Assembly: GCF_963921235.1 (NCBI RefSeq)
Contig: NC_086097.1
Location: forward strand, 46,564,001 to 46,628,000
Direction of reading: 5' to 3'
DNA: 64,000 nucleotides
Source: Mobula hypostoma
Taxonomy: Eukaryota
Each line of letters begins with the position of its first letter. Positions within the stretch are counted from its first letter, which is position 1. The notes under the pieces are model-generated. The model saw only the letters and a program-made list of their open reading frames with translations, searched no databases and was not told where the DNA came from. Shown here one piece after another: positions 33,991 to 46,925 of the stretch. The position numbers and the translations under genes are program-made.

Positions 33991-34130
33991 TGTAGTCCAC
34001 GATTGGAATACTGCACAGTACTCAATCAAAAATCTGAATATAGATTGTAGAGTTAAATTAAATTGCAGCTCTGAACAATAGGTTCCTAATAGCCTTGAAT
34101 CACAGACCAGGCAGATCAGGAAACAGGCAC

Positions 34131-34964
34131 TTAAGTCATTTATAATTTACTATCAAAATACGTGTCCATGTACTCCTGGAAATTTGTATTCTCCAGATAG
34201 CCACGAAAACAAAAAAGAATATGAGTCATTCAGAGAGAAACATTAAACCCACCCCTCCCCCTTACAAAAATGAATGGCATCCCAATCATCAACCCTTCTC
34301 CCACACAAATGGAACAGGAACATCAATCCCCAAAAACAACCCCACCCCCACACAACAAACTAACAGAACACAACGGAGTATCAACTTCCAAGCACCCTCC
34401 CACCGCACAACAAAATGGACAAGGAACTGATAATAAAAAAAACACAGAAAATAAGAACCCTAAATCTGAAAAAGTCCACAGTCCGTAAAGGCATACCATC
34501 CTTTGATATCACTGACATTCATCGAAAGAGAGGGACACCACACGAAGCACTGAGGCCTTGCCTGCCACAGCGAGCCACATGATGACAGGCGGCCAACAGA
34601 ATCTTTTTCTGACAACAATCAAAAGGCAGCAGGCGACTCTGAAGCTCTCACACGCTTCCGCATTCACCTTGACACTTTAACTGGCGATTAATGGACACTT
34701 TAAACAGCAAAATGGAGTCGAACATCGGCTTTCTTCGCATCAAGAGCTTCCGAGTACGAGCTCACTACCCGGAATCTTCTCAGAGATAGCAAAGCTCAGG
34801 AACACTCAAACGATCTCCAAACTGTAGATGGCAGGCTCTAACAGTCCCAGAAACACATTTAAGGTGGCAAACAGACATAAAAGAAGTAAAATGGATATAT
34901 TCATGAGCTATCTGGAAGATGTCGACCAAGGGAGCATTTTACACTGGCACCATCTTTACCGGAC
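34131..34964 (-). mobile_element. Non-coding element with LINE-like 5' head and Rex1-type tail
   Basis: Minus strand starts GTCCGGTAAAGATGGTGCC and ends GTATTTTGATAGTAAATT, similar to the Rex1 tail at 19130-19150; no RT. Confidence 0.55.
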
Positions 34965-35269
34965 TACATACGCATGAATCCAATCAACATGCCATTGCAT
35001 GGTTATGATGTATTTTGGGTGTGATGGTGGGAAGATCCAAACATTTCAAACTGTTGCATGTTTAGTTCAAGAGGACATTGTAAATACAGATTTGTCTGAA
35101 TTGGCCTGAATTTTCTTTGATCTTTAGCATATAATATGTGTGTAGTGCGGGGCACAGGGAGACCTTTCGACCAACCCCGAAAGAGTCTACATATGATACC
35201 TGTATCTTGTTGTGTTGGATAAACAGGCTACATCATACCTACCTGTACTTCTCTCTGGTGACTTCATTC

Positions 35270-35508
35270 ACGCAATAACACCATCCGATTTCAAAGTGGA
35301 AGTTAAGCCATGAACACTACCCCACTTTTCTATTATTTCTGTTTCTGCACTACCATTCTAAAATATAACTATTTAATACACACATATCTCCGTACTGTAA
35401 TTCATTTATTTATTTTTTCTCTATTTATCAAGTATTGCATTGTACTGCTATTGCTAATTAACAAATGTCACAACATATGCTGGTGATATTAAACCTGATT
35501 CTGATTAT
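35270..35508 (+). mobile_element. Rex1/Babar 3' UTR
   Basis: Homologous to 50870-51103 (CATGAACACTACC...AAACCTGATTCTGATT). Confidence 0.75.
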
Positions 35509-36222
35509 GAGTCTGTTCCACCATTCCACCATGGCTGATTCATTATCCCTCTTAACTCCATTCTCTTGCCTTTTCCCCGTAACCTTTGATGCCCTGCCTA
35601 ATCAAGAACCTGTCAACATCCCTTTAATTGCACCCAATGACTTGGCCTCCACAGCTATCAATGGCAGTGAATTTCACAGATTTACCACTCTCTAGCTGAA
35701 GACATCTCTCCTCATCTTTGTTCTAAATGGACCATAGGAAACATCCTCTCCATGTCCACTCCATCTAGACCTCGCAATATTCAATAGGCTTCAAATAGAT
35801 CCCCCCTCATTCTTCTAAACTCCAGTGAGTACAGGCCCACAGCCATCGAACTCATCTCGTACGTTAACCCTTTCATTTCCAGAATCATTCTTGTGAAGTT
35901 CTTCGGGACCCTCTCCCATGCCAGCACATCTTTTCTTGGATAAGGGGTCAAAAACTGCTTACAATACTCCAAGTGTAGTCTTACTAATGCCTTATAAAGC
36001 CTCAGCATTACATCCCAGCTTTTATATTCTAGTCTTCCCAAAATGAATGCTAACATGGCATTTGCCTTCCACCGACTCAACCTGCAAGTTATCCTTTAGG
36101 GAATCCTGCATGAGGATTCCAAAGTCCCTTTTGCGCCACTGATTTTTGAAGTTTCTCCTCATTTAGAAAACAGTCTAGGCCTTTATTCCTTCTACACAAC
36201 CATACACTTCCCGACACAGTAT
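35509..36222 (-). mobile_element. CR1 LINE 3' part with internal deletions
   Basis: KANAMLAFI...LYKALVRLHLEYC...YSLEFRRMRGDL. Confidence 0.9.
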
Positions 36223-37119
36223 TCAGGGATGTGAATTAGTCTACATGGATGGGGGTTGGGGGTGAGAGTATGGAGTGCTATAGTCTAGATGTGGGTTGGT
36301 GGGACTAAGCAAAGCAACTGGCATGGAGTCGATATGCCAAAGAGCCTTTTTCTATGCCGCCGTGCTCCACGACTCCATGACTCTATGGGATCTGAGGAAT
36401 CATAAGGACCTCTTGGGATCTTCATAGGCATTGGAACATAACTACTGGGGACAAGAGCAAAATGGCATTAAAGCCTATTGTGCAATCTGGCCTACTGTTC
36501 CTCCTCCAGGAATCCGTCTCCTTGAATTGCCATGGGAATACCCAAAGGAGCTCCTTGCTCAGTGGCAGTAAATCAGCAGCTGGTGCCAAGACCGTTATGA
36601 GAAAAACAACATTAATGCTAGTGTGAAAACTGCAGATGTAAGTTTTAAAAATGCAAAAAAAAAATTCAATGCATTTTATTAAGAAATAAATTCTCAAACA
36701 TCAGAGCAGGTATTCCCAACAGGGCCTCTTTTATATGGAAAATATTTTTTTTTAAAAATCACCAGGTGGAGTGAAAGAAAATTACCATTTTGGGCTTAAG
36801 AAGGTACATTTGGAATCCTGGTGAAACTGTAAAATGACTTAAGTGCTGATTTTTGTCAATTACGTTATTCTTTAATTTTAATATAAATGCTATACTTTTG
36901 CACAATAGTAATATATTGATATGGATCAGTGAAGAGTATTGTTGGTGTATGTGGCACAACCAATTAATAAAAGCTGCATGGGACTGGTCACCCTAATGTG
37001 TGAAGGTGAATATGGCAAACAGGCTGTAGATGCTGAAGGTTCTCTCAGTTAATTAAATATATGAGGACAAAATAGTGGATTTGTATTAATAGGTTTTATT
37101 ACAAATTCAAAGTACTTAT

Positions 37120-37665
37120 AAAGCCATAAGACCATAAGATGTAGGAGCATAATTAGGCCATTTGGTCCATTAAGTCTGCTCTGCCATTTCATCATGTCTG
37201 ATCCAACTTTCCTCTCAGCCCCAGTCTCCTGCCTTCTCCCCATATCCCTTTGTTCTCTGACAAATCAAGAATCTATCAACCTCTGCCTTAAATATACGTA
37301 AAGACATGGCCTCCACTGCTGCCATGGCAACAAATTCCACAGATTCATCACTCTCTGGCTAAAGAAATTCCTCTGAATCTCCGTTCTAAAAGGACGCCCC
37401 TCTATTCTGAGTCTGTGTCCTCTGGTCTTAGATTCTCCCCCCATAGGAAACATCCTCTCCACAGCCACTCTATGAAGCCCTTTCACCATTCGATAGGTTT
37501 CAATGAGGTCACCCCTCATTCTTCTGAATTCAGTGAACTCAGGCCCTGAGCCATCAAACACTCTTCATATGGCAAGCCATTCAACCCTGGAATCATTTTT
37601 GTGAATCTCCTTTGCTCTCCAGTTTCAGTACATCCTTTCTAAGATAAGGGGCCCAAACCTGCAAT
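37120..37665 (-). mobile_element. CR1 LINE 3' part
   Basis: EFRRMRGDLIETY...RNFFSQRVMNLWNLLP; (CCATAAGA)n tail on the plus strand. Confidence 0.92.
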
Positions 37666-38634
37666 CAATATTAGAGGAAATATGTAATGAATGCCATAAG
37701 TATGAAAATTGCACACAACATTATTTTCTAATGCCGATTATAAAGATTAAATTTCAGCTTTGGCATCAGAAGACTTCAAGATAAATACAGCTGTATCTAC
37801 CTCAAATAACTTTAACCTTAAGTGCACAGTGATGCAGCTTTCCTCAATTCCTAACATACAATGTTTTCTGCTCTTACAATATTTATACAGTTGAGCAGTT
37901 AATAATGGTAAACTGAGAATTTCACACCTTGGTACGCTGGGAGTTGTCAACAAATCACTGCAGTGATGGAACAGTAACAATGGGTGAATAAACATTCATT
38001 TTAATTAATCCATTGATGCACTGAATAGCAGGCACTCTTATGTAATGAGGAGTGAAATTATCTTTCCTTATTCATCAGTAATATAGTTCCATATAATTAC
38101 CACAACACTTCAAGAGAGTATGTTTGCACTCAGCCCAAGAGAGCAGTGAAATAAAGATGGTTTCTCTTTATTGGACCTGGACATTGTTTACAAATGCAGC
38201 ATTTAATGAGCATTCCTCGTTGACCCCAAAACAGCAAAGACGGACCACTTTCTTGAATCGTTGCAGTTTCTGTGGTGAAGCTAGTGTTGTTATGTAGGGA
38301 GTCCTGGGACTCAGTAAAGAAAATAGGTGAAAAAATGATGGTATATTCCCCAACTGGCATGATGTGGAGTTTGGAGAGAAACTTTCCTTGTGTGAATCTC
38401 CTATGAATCTGTAGTTTTTACTTCTGTAAGTGCTGCTGATGAAAGCTTGGTGAATTATTTCATATTTTGTAGGTTGTATAAATATTCACTTTGCACCAAT
38501 GGTGAAGGAAATGAATGTTCAGGATGGTAGATGGGGATTCAGACAACAAGGCCACTTTGTCCTGGATGATGTTCAGCACCAAGTAGTGATGGATCTGCTC
38601 TTCCAAGCAGTCCATCACAAAGGTACCAATACAC

Positions 38635-38920
38635 GTGAAGGAGTGCAGAGAAAAGTTACTGGGATGTTTCTGCGACTTGAGGACCTGAATTTTAGAGAAA
38701 GGTTGAACTGGTTAGGATTTTAATCTCTGGAGTGCAGGAGAATGAGGTGAGGTGTACAAAATTATGAAAGGTATAGATAGGGTGAATGCATGCAGGCGTT
38801 CTCCCTCAGGTTTAGTGAGACTAGAACTAGAAGTCATAGATTTAGAAATATTCATGTAGAATCTGAAGGGAGACTTCTTTACTCATAGGATGGTGTGAGT
38901 ATGGAAAAGTTGCCAGTGAA
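38635..38920 (+). mobile_element. Decayed CR1 fragment
   Basis: GVQRKVTGMFLRLEDLNFRERLNWLG. Confidence 0.75.
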
Positions 38921-39604
38921 TCTCTATGATTCTGCCTCCACAGCTCTTCTGGGTAGAGAATGCTGATGATTCACAACCCCAGGGTGAAGAAATTTATTCT
39001 CATTCAGTTCTGAAAGAGGTGGCAGATTAAGATTTATCTCAGAGCCAGAATAGGCTCTGAGGGCAAAATTTTCTCCTTCTGCATCGGGTTTCTGTAACTG
39101 GATCGTATACATGCACAGCTTGTCTTTCGTCATTTTCAAATAATACTTTCAGATTCATTTATTTATCACATGTACGTCGAAACATACAGCGAAATGTATC
39201 ATTTGCATTAATAACCAAGGATGAGCTGGGGGCAGCCTGCAAGTGTTGCCACACATTCTGGCAGCAATATAATATGCCCACATGCCCACAATGTTCAGTA
39301 TGACTTCCTTCTACTTACTGTATGCGTCAGCCACTTACTGTTTTCATTCACAATGCAAGGAGTTTGTAGTGTAAAGGCACCTTATGTTTTCTGTTACTAG
39401 GTAACTTGGCTGGATATTTCATGTATTTCTTAAGAGGTATAGTCTGCAGTGAAATATTTGCGTCTTCCTTGGTCTGTTTTCATTAGATAAGGATCCTTTT
39501 GACTGTCTGGGCATATCTCTCGATGAAACTATATCCTCACAAATAGCATGGGGAGAACCCATATCACCTAGCAACTTCACCAAGACATGTAGAGACAGAA
39601 GAGA

Positions 39605-39770
39605 AGCAGCAAAATGTAGATGTTGCAAATCTAAAATACAAACACAAAATGCTGGAAATACTTAGTGGGGCAGTATTTGAAAGATTAACAATCTAAACTT
39701 TAACTCCACTTTCTCTGCAGATTCTGATCGAACTGCTGACTATTTCCAACGTTTTCGCTTTTGATTTTCT
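39605..39770. repeat. Inverted pair of decayed Penelope pLTR tails
   Basis: CACAAAATGCTGGAAATACTTAG faces CTGACTATTTCCAACGTTTT. Confidence 0.5.
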
Positions 39771-39799
39771 TTAGATGTGAATTGGGTTCTACATCACAA

Positions 39800-41470
39800 A
39801 ATGTTTCCTCAGGAGCACCTTGTTGGACCTGCTAAGTTTTGTGCCTTTGAAGTCTTTCAGCCTTTTGGCAGATAGGAATAGAGTAGAAGTCCACATCTCT
39901 GGTCAAATTTGTATTTCTGGTGTATTTAGCACATCGAGATCACACTGTCCGTATCTTTGTAGATATCAGTCCAGTACATAGCTGACTTGGTTGTCAGCTT
40001 GCAACAATCCATGCACTCATGGCTTTCTGCATCTTCTGGAGTAAGTTTCCTTTCATCTTTTTGGGTATGATGATGATTCTGGACCTAGCCTTTAGAATGC
40101 TATCTTCCTGTCAAATGCCATCTCTGATTGATCAATAATGTCTTACTAATGGTTGTGTTTGTTTAATCTTTTCAGGCATCTCCTGAATCTTTAACTGAGA
40201 AATTATCTATAACTCCTTGCCTTTTTCACACTGTTCTCTGATTAGCTGGTGTCATATTCACACTTCCTCTCTCATCTTGTGTTTCTCCTGTGGTGACAGA
40301 CAAGATAATGCATTGGCAAGAACCGTTTCTTATCCTGGCTTGGTTCTACATTGTGAAATTATGATTGGAACCCTTAAGAGTAATCCTTGCAGACTATGTA
40401 GAGTTTCTGCAATTGATTCTGGTCAGCCACAAGTTGAAGGGAACACTAACAATTGAAAGTAACATGCAAATTAAATCAGTAAATTGTATTAGCATATATG
40501 ACAAATAATTCTCTTTTAATTCCCTTCTAATGCTTTGGATCCAATGCCATCAACTTGCCACCTTGCAATGGAGGCATTCAATAGCGACATCAACCTATAA
40601 ACTAACCATTTTTATCGGGCTTATTTTAAAGCACATCTTGTTTCACTGGATAGTGTGCACTGGTATTGAGCACCAACTTCCATTAGATCTTCCTGGTTCA
40701 TTTCCATTTCTCACACGTGAGAAGTTAGGACCAGAAACTTATTCAGTTCTTTTTTATCCTTTGGCCATTCCAATTCAGTAACTTTTTCTGGACTCAAGTT
40801 CTCTCCACCTGATGTGGTTCAATTTCAAAGAGCTGGCATTCTTTCCTCTTCTACAATCCATTTTTCAGCACATAGCTTCAGCCTAGCCCTGCTGGTTTTG
40901 GTCTTTTGGCTCGTGCTTGGTTACCCACTCCACAGATCTGGACAGTCTCTGCTCGGTTTATTACAGCTCTATATAATGTCTTCTGTTCAAAGACATTATG
41001 ATTTACCAAGATGCCAGGGATGAAGCTAGGTAATGGACTCTCTTGATCCCTGAATATTTGGCTTGAGCACAATCCTGTCTGTCTATTAGGTTCACCTAGT
41101 CAATCAGGTTAATGATTGGTTTGGTTACTATTCCTCCCTCCTTCATTTCTTTGGGTTCTTTTTCAACCTTTCTCTTCAATTCATGTCATACTTTATGTGG
41201 AGGTATGTACTGCTGCTTACGTTTGTGATACTAAAAATATTGAAATCATCCAACAATTTCATTAAACCTTTCTGGGTAGATTTGGGTTAGGAGGCTTTTC
41301 AATCAGTGTTACTTTCATTTTCAGTGTTCCCTCCAACTTATGGTTTACTGAGATCAGCTAAGTGGAATAATGTTTGCGGTTTACTATGCACTGTCCATAG
41401 GCCATGTTGTCATATGCTTTTCATCATTAAGCATACTTCTCTTCATGCCTGGGTCTGCTAAGCCCTAAAT
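39800..41470 (-). mobile_element. Very old Gypsy pol fossil of a non-chromovirus lineage
   Basis: Minus-strand manual translation: PPHKV*HELKRKVEKEPKEMKEGGIV...D*VNLI (RT N-terminus), GIKRVHYL, DQNQLQKL, KPG*ETVLANALS (RNase H end). Confidence 0.7.
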
Positions 41471-41528
41471 GAGATGGCCCATTAACTTTCATCCATACCC
41501 TTGATGGAGTATGCATTTGGCAAAGCTT

Positions 41529-41812
41529 TTAAGCTTTGCGCGGATGACACAACAGTGGTTGGCCTCATCGACAATGATAAGAAGTCAGAGTACAGAGGGC
41601 AAGTGGAGTGGTTGGTGGACTGATGTGAGAACACAACTGAAGTCTGAACATGGAGAAGACCAAGGAAATGATTGTGGACTTTAGGAAGATGCAGATGAAC
41701 CATCCCCCTCTGCACATACAGGGCTCCTCCTTAGAAAGAGTTAAGTGCACCAAGTTCCTGAGAGTTCACATCACGGATGATCTCACTTGGTCCCTCAATA
41801 TCACCTCCCTGA
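41529..41812 (+). mobile_element. Rex1/Babar RT fragment
   Basis: FADDTTVVGLI, KTKEMIVDFRK, KFLRVHITDDLTWS. Confidence 0.88.
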
Positions 41813-41834
41813 CTCAGGACCTTTATTATTTGTC

Positions 41835-44400
41835 ATAGAGTCATAGTCATAGAACACACAGCGCAGAAACAGGCCCTTTGGCCCATTTAGTCCATACTGA
41901 ACTATTGACCTGGCTAGTCCCATTAACCTGCACCTCGGCCATTGCCCTCCTTATTCGTCCCATCCATGTACCTATCTAAGTTGAAATTGAACCCACATCC
42001 ATCACTTCCACTGGAAGCTCGTTGCACACTTTCACCACCCTCTGAGTGAAGAAGTTCATGCTCATGGTCACCTTAAACATCTCACCTTTCACCATTAACC
42101 CATGACCTCTAGTTCTAGTCTTACCCAAACTCAGTGGTAAAAGCCCGTTTGCAATTACTGTATCTATACCCCTTATAATTTTGTATATCTCTATAAAATC
42201 TCCTCTCACACAAGTTCAAGTTTAATTGTCACCCAACCATACATATGAATACAGCCAAGCAAAACAACATTCCTCCAGGACCAAGGTGGAAAACACATTA
42301 CCAACAGCACACAGCACAAATAGCAGCTATAGTTACAACAGGAGAAAAACATAAAGTCACAAAAAAATATAGCCCAAGTCCCTGAGTAGTATGGCCTGTG
42401 GACTGATGATGCATGGGGATGTCCTGGTCCAGCTTGTCCTCCACCAGGCAAACACTGGAGGGCAGCACTGAGAGGAGTGGCTGGCCCCAACCTAGTACAT
42501 ATTCCAGTGTGCCCACAGAAACCTCTGCTCTCTCCCACACAGCATCTGGTGTCTTCTCTCCTGGGCAGCTGCAATAGGCAACACCGCAGTATGACGGCCT
42601 GGTCTGCGCACCAACTGAGGCAACACAGCTCCCCTGCTATTGGCCTCGCCAATGAGCCAGTGAACCAGATTTGCAGTATTCTACATTATGAATGTCCAAC
42701 AGGGTCTTTCAATCACAATAAATGCATCCAAGACAATCATTTGCACCATTTGTTGGACTGTGCACCACCCCCCGAGCGACAACGGAACGCAACAATTCCG
42801 GAAGACAACACAATACGCAATAAGTTCAGCTCCGTTGCCATCGCTGATGGGGTGGACCTTCTGTACCTGATGTTCTTAAAATCCAGCAGTGTCTTGTGAA
42901 CAAAAGAAAGATGCAAAGGACAAACAATAACACCTTTGGTTGGACCCCGAGAGGCTGCTGTGACCGTGCGCACCACCATCTTACCCTAAGAAGTGGCGAC
43001 TTTATTCTCCTAATTTAGTAAATAAAGCCCTAACCTATTTAAATTTTCCCCATAGCTCAGGTCCTCAAGAGCTGGCAACATCCTCATAAATGTTCTCTGC
43101 ACTCTTTTAATCTTATTGACATGTTTCCTGTAGGTAGGTGATCAAAACTGCACACAATACCCCGAATCATGCCTCACCAACATCTTATACAGGTTCAACA
43201 TAACATTCCAACTCCCATACTCAGTACCTTGATTTATGAAGGCCAATGTGCCAATAGCTTTCTTTATGACCTTATCTACCTTTGATGACACTTTCAAGGA
43301 ATTATAGATCTGTATTACCAAATTCTTCTGTTGTAATGCACTTTCCAGTGCCCTACCATTCACTGTGTAAGTCCTACTTTTGTTTGTCTTCCTAAGAGGC
43401 AATACCTCACTCTTGTCTGCACCAAAATTCCATCTTTCAATTTTCAGCCCATTTTTCCAGCAGGCCTAGAGCCCACTGCAAGCCTTGATCTTCTTCGCTG
43501 TTCACTGCACCCCCAAACTTGGTGTCATCCACAAACTTGCTGATCTAGTTTACCATAATATCATCCAGATCATTGATGTAGATGACAAACAACCACCGAC
43601 CCAGCACCTATCCCTGTGGCACACCACTAGTCACTGGCCTCTAGTCAGAGAGGCAACCATCTATTACCACTCTCTGGCTTCTCCCACAAGCCGATGTCAA
43701 ATCCAATTTACTACATCATCTAAACTGAAGATTGTTGAACAACCTCCCTTGTTGGACCTTGTCAAAGGCCTTGCTAAAGATAATGTAGGCAACATCCCCT
43801 GTATTGCTTTCATCATCTTCTTTGAAAAACTCTATAAGATTAGTTAGATGCTACCTAACATGCACAAAGCTAAGTTGACTGTCCCTAATCAGTCCCTGTC
43901 TATCCAAATACTTATATATCTGGTCCTTTAGAATACCTTCCAATAACTTACCCACTACTAATGTCAGGCTCACTGGCCTATAATTTCCTGGTATATTCTT
44001 AGAGCCTTTCGTAAACAATGGAATAAAATTAGCTATTCTCCATGGCTAGGTACATTTTAAATACCTTTGCTAGGGTCCCTGTAATTTTGCACTAGCCTCC
44101 CAGCAAATTTCATGACATATAAATCTGAATCTGATTCACAGGGTCCGAGGGAAAACTTTGTTAGGTCCTGGGGGTTTATCTACCCTAATTTGGTCAATAC
44201 AGCAAGCATCTCCTCCTCTGTAATTTGTCCTTGGCACCTTGCTTTGCCTCACTTCTATAGACTGTGTCTGTCTCTCAAATAAATACAGATGCAAAACAAA
44301 CATTTAAGACCACACTCATTTCTTTTGGCTCCATGTATAGATCTTTCAGATGACCAATTTTGCTCCTTTCTATCCCTTTTCTCCTAATATATCTGTAATC
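41835..44400 (-). mobile_element. Long CR1 LINE copy interrupted by the 42209-42993 element
   Basis: MRGDFIEIYKIIRGID...FFTQRVV; KAIGTLAFIN...LYKMLVR; RT N-terminal CR1 motifs further on; (GTCATA)n tail near 41835. Confidence 0.85.
42209..42993 (-). mobile_element. Non-coding element with AAGATGG head and Rex1/L2-type (GAACTT)n tail, inserted in CR1
   Basis: Minus strand starts CTTCTTAGGGTAAGATGGTGGTGCG and ends GACAATTAAACTTGAACTTG; CR1 resumes on both sides. Confidence 0.6.
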
Positions 44401-44402
44401 AC

Positions 44403-44845
44403 AGGGCACTGCAGAGGGTGGTACGGACGGGCCAGCGGATCTGTGGATGTAATTTTCCTCTGTTCAGGACATTTACAGCAGCAGGTGCATAAAAAGGGCC
44501 CGAAGGATTGTCAGGGACTCCAGCCACCCCAAACACAAACCGTTTCAGCCGCTTCCATCTGGCAAACGGTACTGCAGCATTAAGGCCAGAATCAACAGAC
44601 TATAGGATAGCTTCTTTCACCAGGCCATCAGATTTATCAATACACATTGATCTGATTGCATTTCTGACTGTACATCCATGTACACAAAACAACTATGTTT
44701 ACAACCTTAGTGTTTGGGCAATATCCTTCCACACTTCCCTTCCTTATTGCTTGCAAATTATGACGGAGATGTAACATAACGAGTTTTACTCCCTCATGTT
44801 ATGAGATGGATGTAAGAAATAAAATAAATTCTGAATTCTAATTCT
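44403..44845 (+). mobile_element. Rex1/Babar 3' fragment
   Basis: ALQRVVR...HPKHKPFQPLPSGKRYCSI...SFFHQAIRFIN; AATAAA followed by a repeat tail. Confidence 0.8.
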
Positions 44846-45239
44846 AATATTAAGAATGGATACATATGTTTTATTCAGTTCTTTCCCAAATGTTGACATG
44901 ATTCAAACAATACAAATGATGAGGCTAACCTTTTTTCCAGCACTTGTGCCTTTCAGAGTGTATTATCAGTCTACATTTTAGCTCAATTTTCTGAACACTT
45001 TCAGAACATCTTCAGCTTTTTGATTCATTGTAGTCTACAATTATTGCAACTATTTTTCATACACATGATGCATGCCAGCAACACAGGTTAATGTGAATGT
45101 TTTTAGTTTAAAAATCCAATATAGCGTTAACATTGTTCCCAAAGTATGAGATTTTACTAGTTAGACTGCTGCTATCTTCCATCCTGTTATTCAGAAAATT
45201 TTGTTGCTTATTTATACTGCAGTGTGCATCTTGATTATT

Positions 45240-45376
45240 GAGTCCTGATGAGGGTTCTCGGCCCGAAATGTTGACTGTTCACTCTTTTCCACAGATACTG
45301 CCTGGCCTGCTGAGATTTTCCAGTATCTTGTGTGTTACTTGGATTTCCAGCATCTGCAGACTTTCTTGTGTGTACC
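45240..45376 (+). mobile_element. Solo Penelope pLTR mini-element with hammerhead motif
   Basis: AGTC-CTGATGA-GGGTTCTCGGCCC-GAAA-TG-TT-GACT followed by the PLE tail; TSD GATTATT at 45233-45239 and 45377-45383. Confidence 0.82.
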
Positions 45377-45689
45377 GATTATTTACTTCACGTTTATTTT
45401 CAGACCAGAGCCAGTGTACTTCCAGCACTTACAGAGTGTATTTTCTTTTCCAAAGACAGTACACTTGTGACTGATTTGGTAAAAGAGCAAATTGTATACC
45501 TACATGCATAACAATATAGAGCACTGTAAGATCCCTGTACATTCTTGTAATAATGTCAACAGTGGGTGATTAAGCATTTGTTGTTCAGTTCACTGTCAAG
45601 GACAGATGGTGATATTGCTTTCACTTTGTTAACACCAGGAGGAGTAGTGTGAAATAGTGGATTGGATAAACATAGTAAAACAGCACATA

Positions 45690-46900
45690 TTAGAGGGCTT
45701 AGCATCTTTGAAAGTGATTAGGTTGCCAGTTCTGGATGAAAAATAGCCTCGGCTGTTAAAAAGTTAAAGGGCAGACATGGCAGAAGATTAGAATACAAGT
45801 TTCCGATCGCAGGAATGATGACGAAGAATTGGTGGACCAACAGCATTCCACCATTGTTTGAAAAAGAAGGAAGGAATAGAGAAAATAATCAGAGGCCGGG
45901 TACTTCAATCAGGCTGAGCAGCAGGAAGCAAAGGGTAATGGTCAACAATTGTTTTGGTGACTAGAAGGATGTTTTTGGTCCAGGTCCAAAAGGCTCATGG
46001 TTAGTCCATTGATTTCTGTATTAGTATGTAACCTTAAATGTAGGGTGCATAAAAAAAAACAAATATTCAGATGATTGAAAAACATGGTTGGGTGGTTAAC
46101 AGTGAAGAGGTCAGTTGGGCAGGAAGTGGCAAATGGAGTTTAATCCAGAAAAGTGAGATTGCAAAACAGCAAGATTTATAGAATAAATTGCAGGGTATTT
46201 AATAGTGTGGAAGAGCAAAGAGCCTTTGGAGTATATATTCACAGATCGTTAAAGGGAAGGGTACAGGTCAATAATAGGATCCACTGCTTTACTAACAGAT
46301 GTTAGAACATAAGACCAGCAGAGTTATGTGGAACTGTACACAATATCAGCTAGGCCAGAGCTCGAGGACTGCATATTATTGGATCATAACAGGGAAAGAT
46401 GTCATCACCCTGGGGATGGCAACTGGATATTTGTAGCTATAAGAAATGTAACAACCCATCCAGGAACAAGCTTTATAGAACCTCTTCACACAGAGAGTAG
46501 TGGTACCTAGAGTACAGCAGGATTTAGGCATTCTTCTGCATGAGACATAAAAAGTTAGCAGGCAGGTGCAACAAGCAGCTAGGAGGGCAACTGGCCCATT
46601 GACCTTTATTGTAAGGGACTGGAGTTCAGAAATACGGATGTTTGTTACTATTCTACAAGATATTGAGGTCACACTTAGAGTTTTATGTGGTTTTGTTTCC
46701 CTTACTCTAGTAAAATTATGCCAGTGTCGGAAGCAGTCCAAAGGAGATTCAGCAGGCTCATTCCCAGGACGGGAGAGTTGTCCTTTTGAGAATGGCTGGA
46801 AAAAGTTTCTTCTTGCAAAAGGTGATGAATCCAGAATTCTCTATCCCAGAGGATTGTGGTAGATCATTGCAGGCTTTTAAATAATAGATAATCATTTCAA
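45690..46900 (+). mobile_element. Old decayed CR1 fragments
   Basis: AAGTGGCAAATGGAGTTTAATCCAGAAAAGTG (KWQMEFNPEK) and other CR1 RT remnants. Confidence 0.6.
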
Positions 46901-46925
46901 ATATCAGAAAATTAATGTGTGTGAT

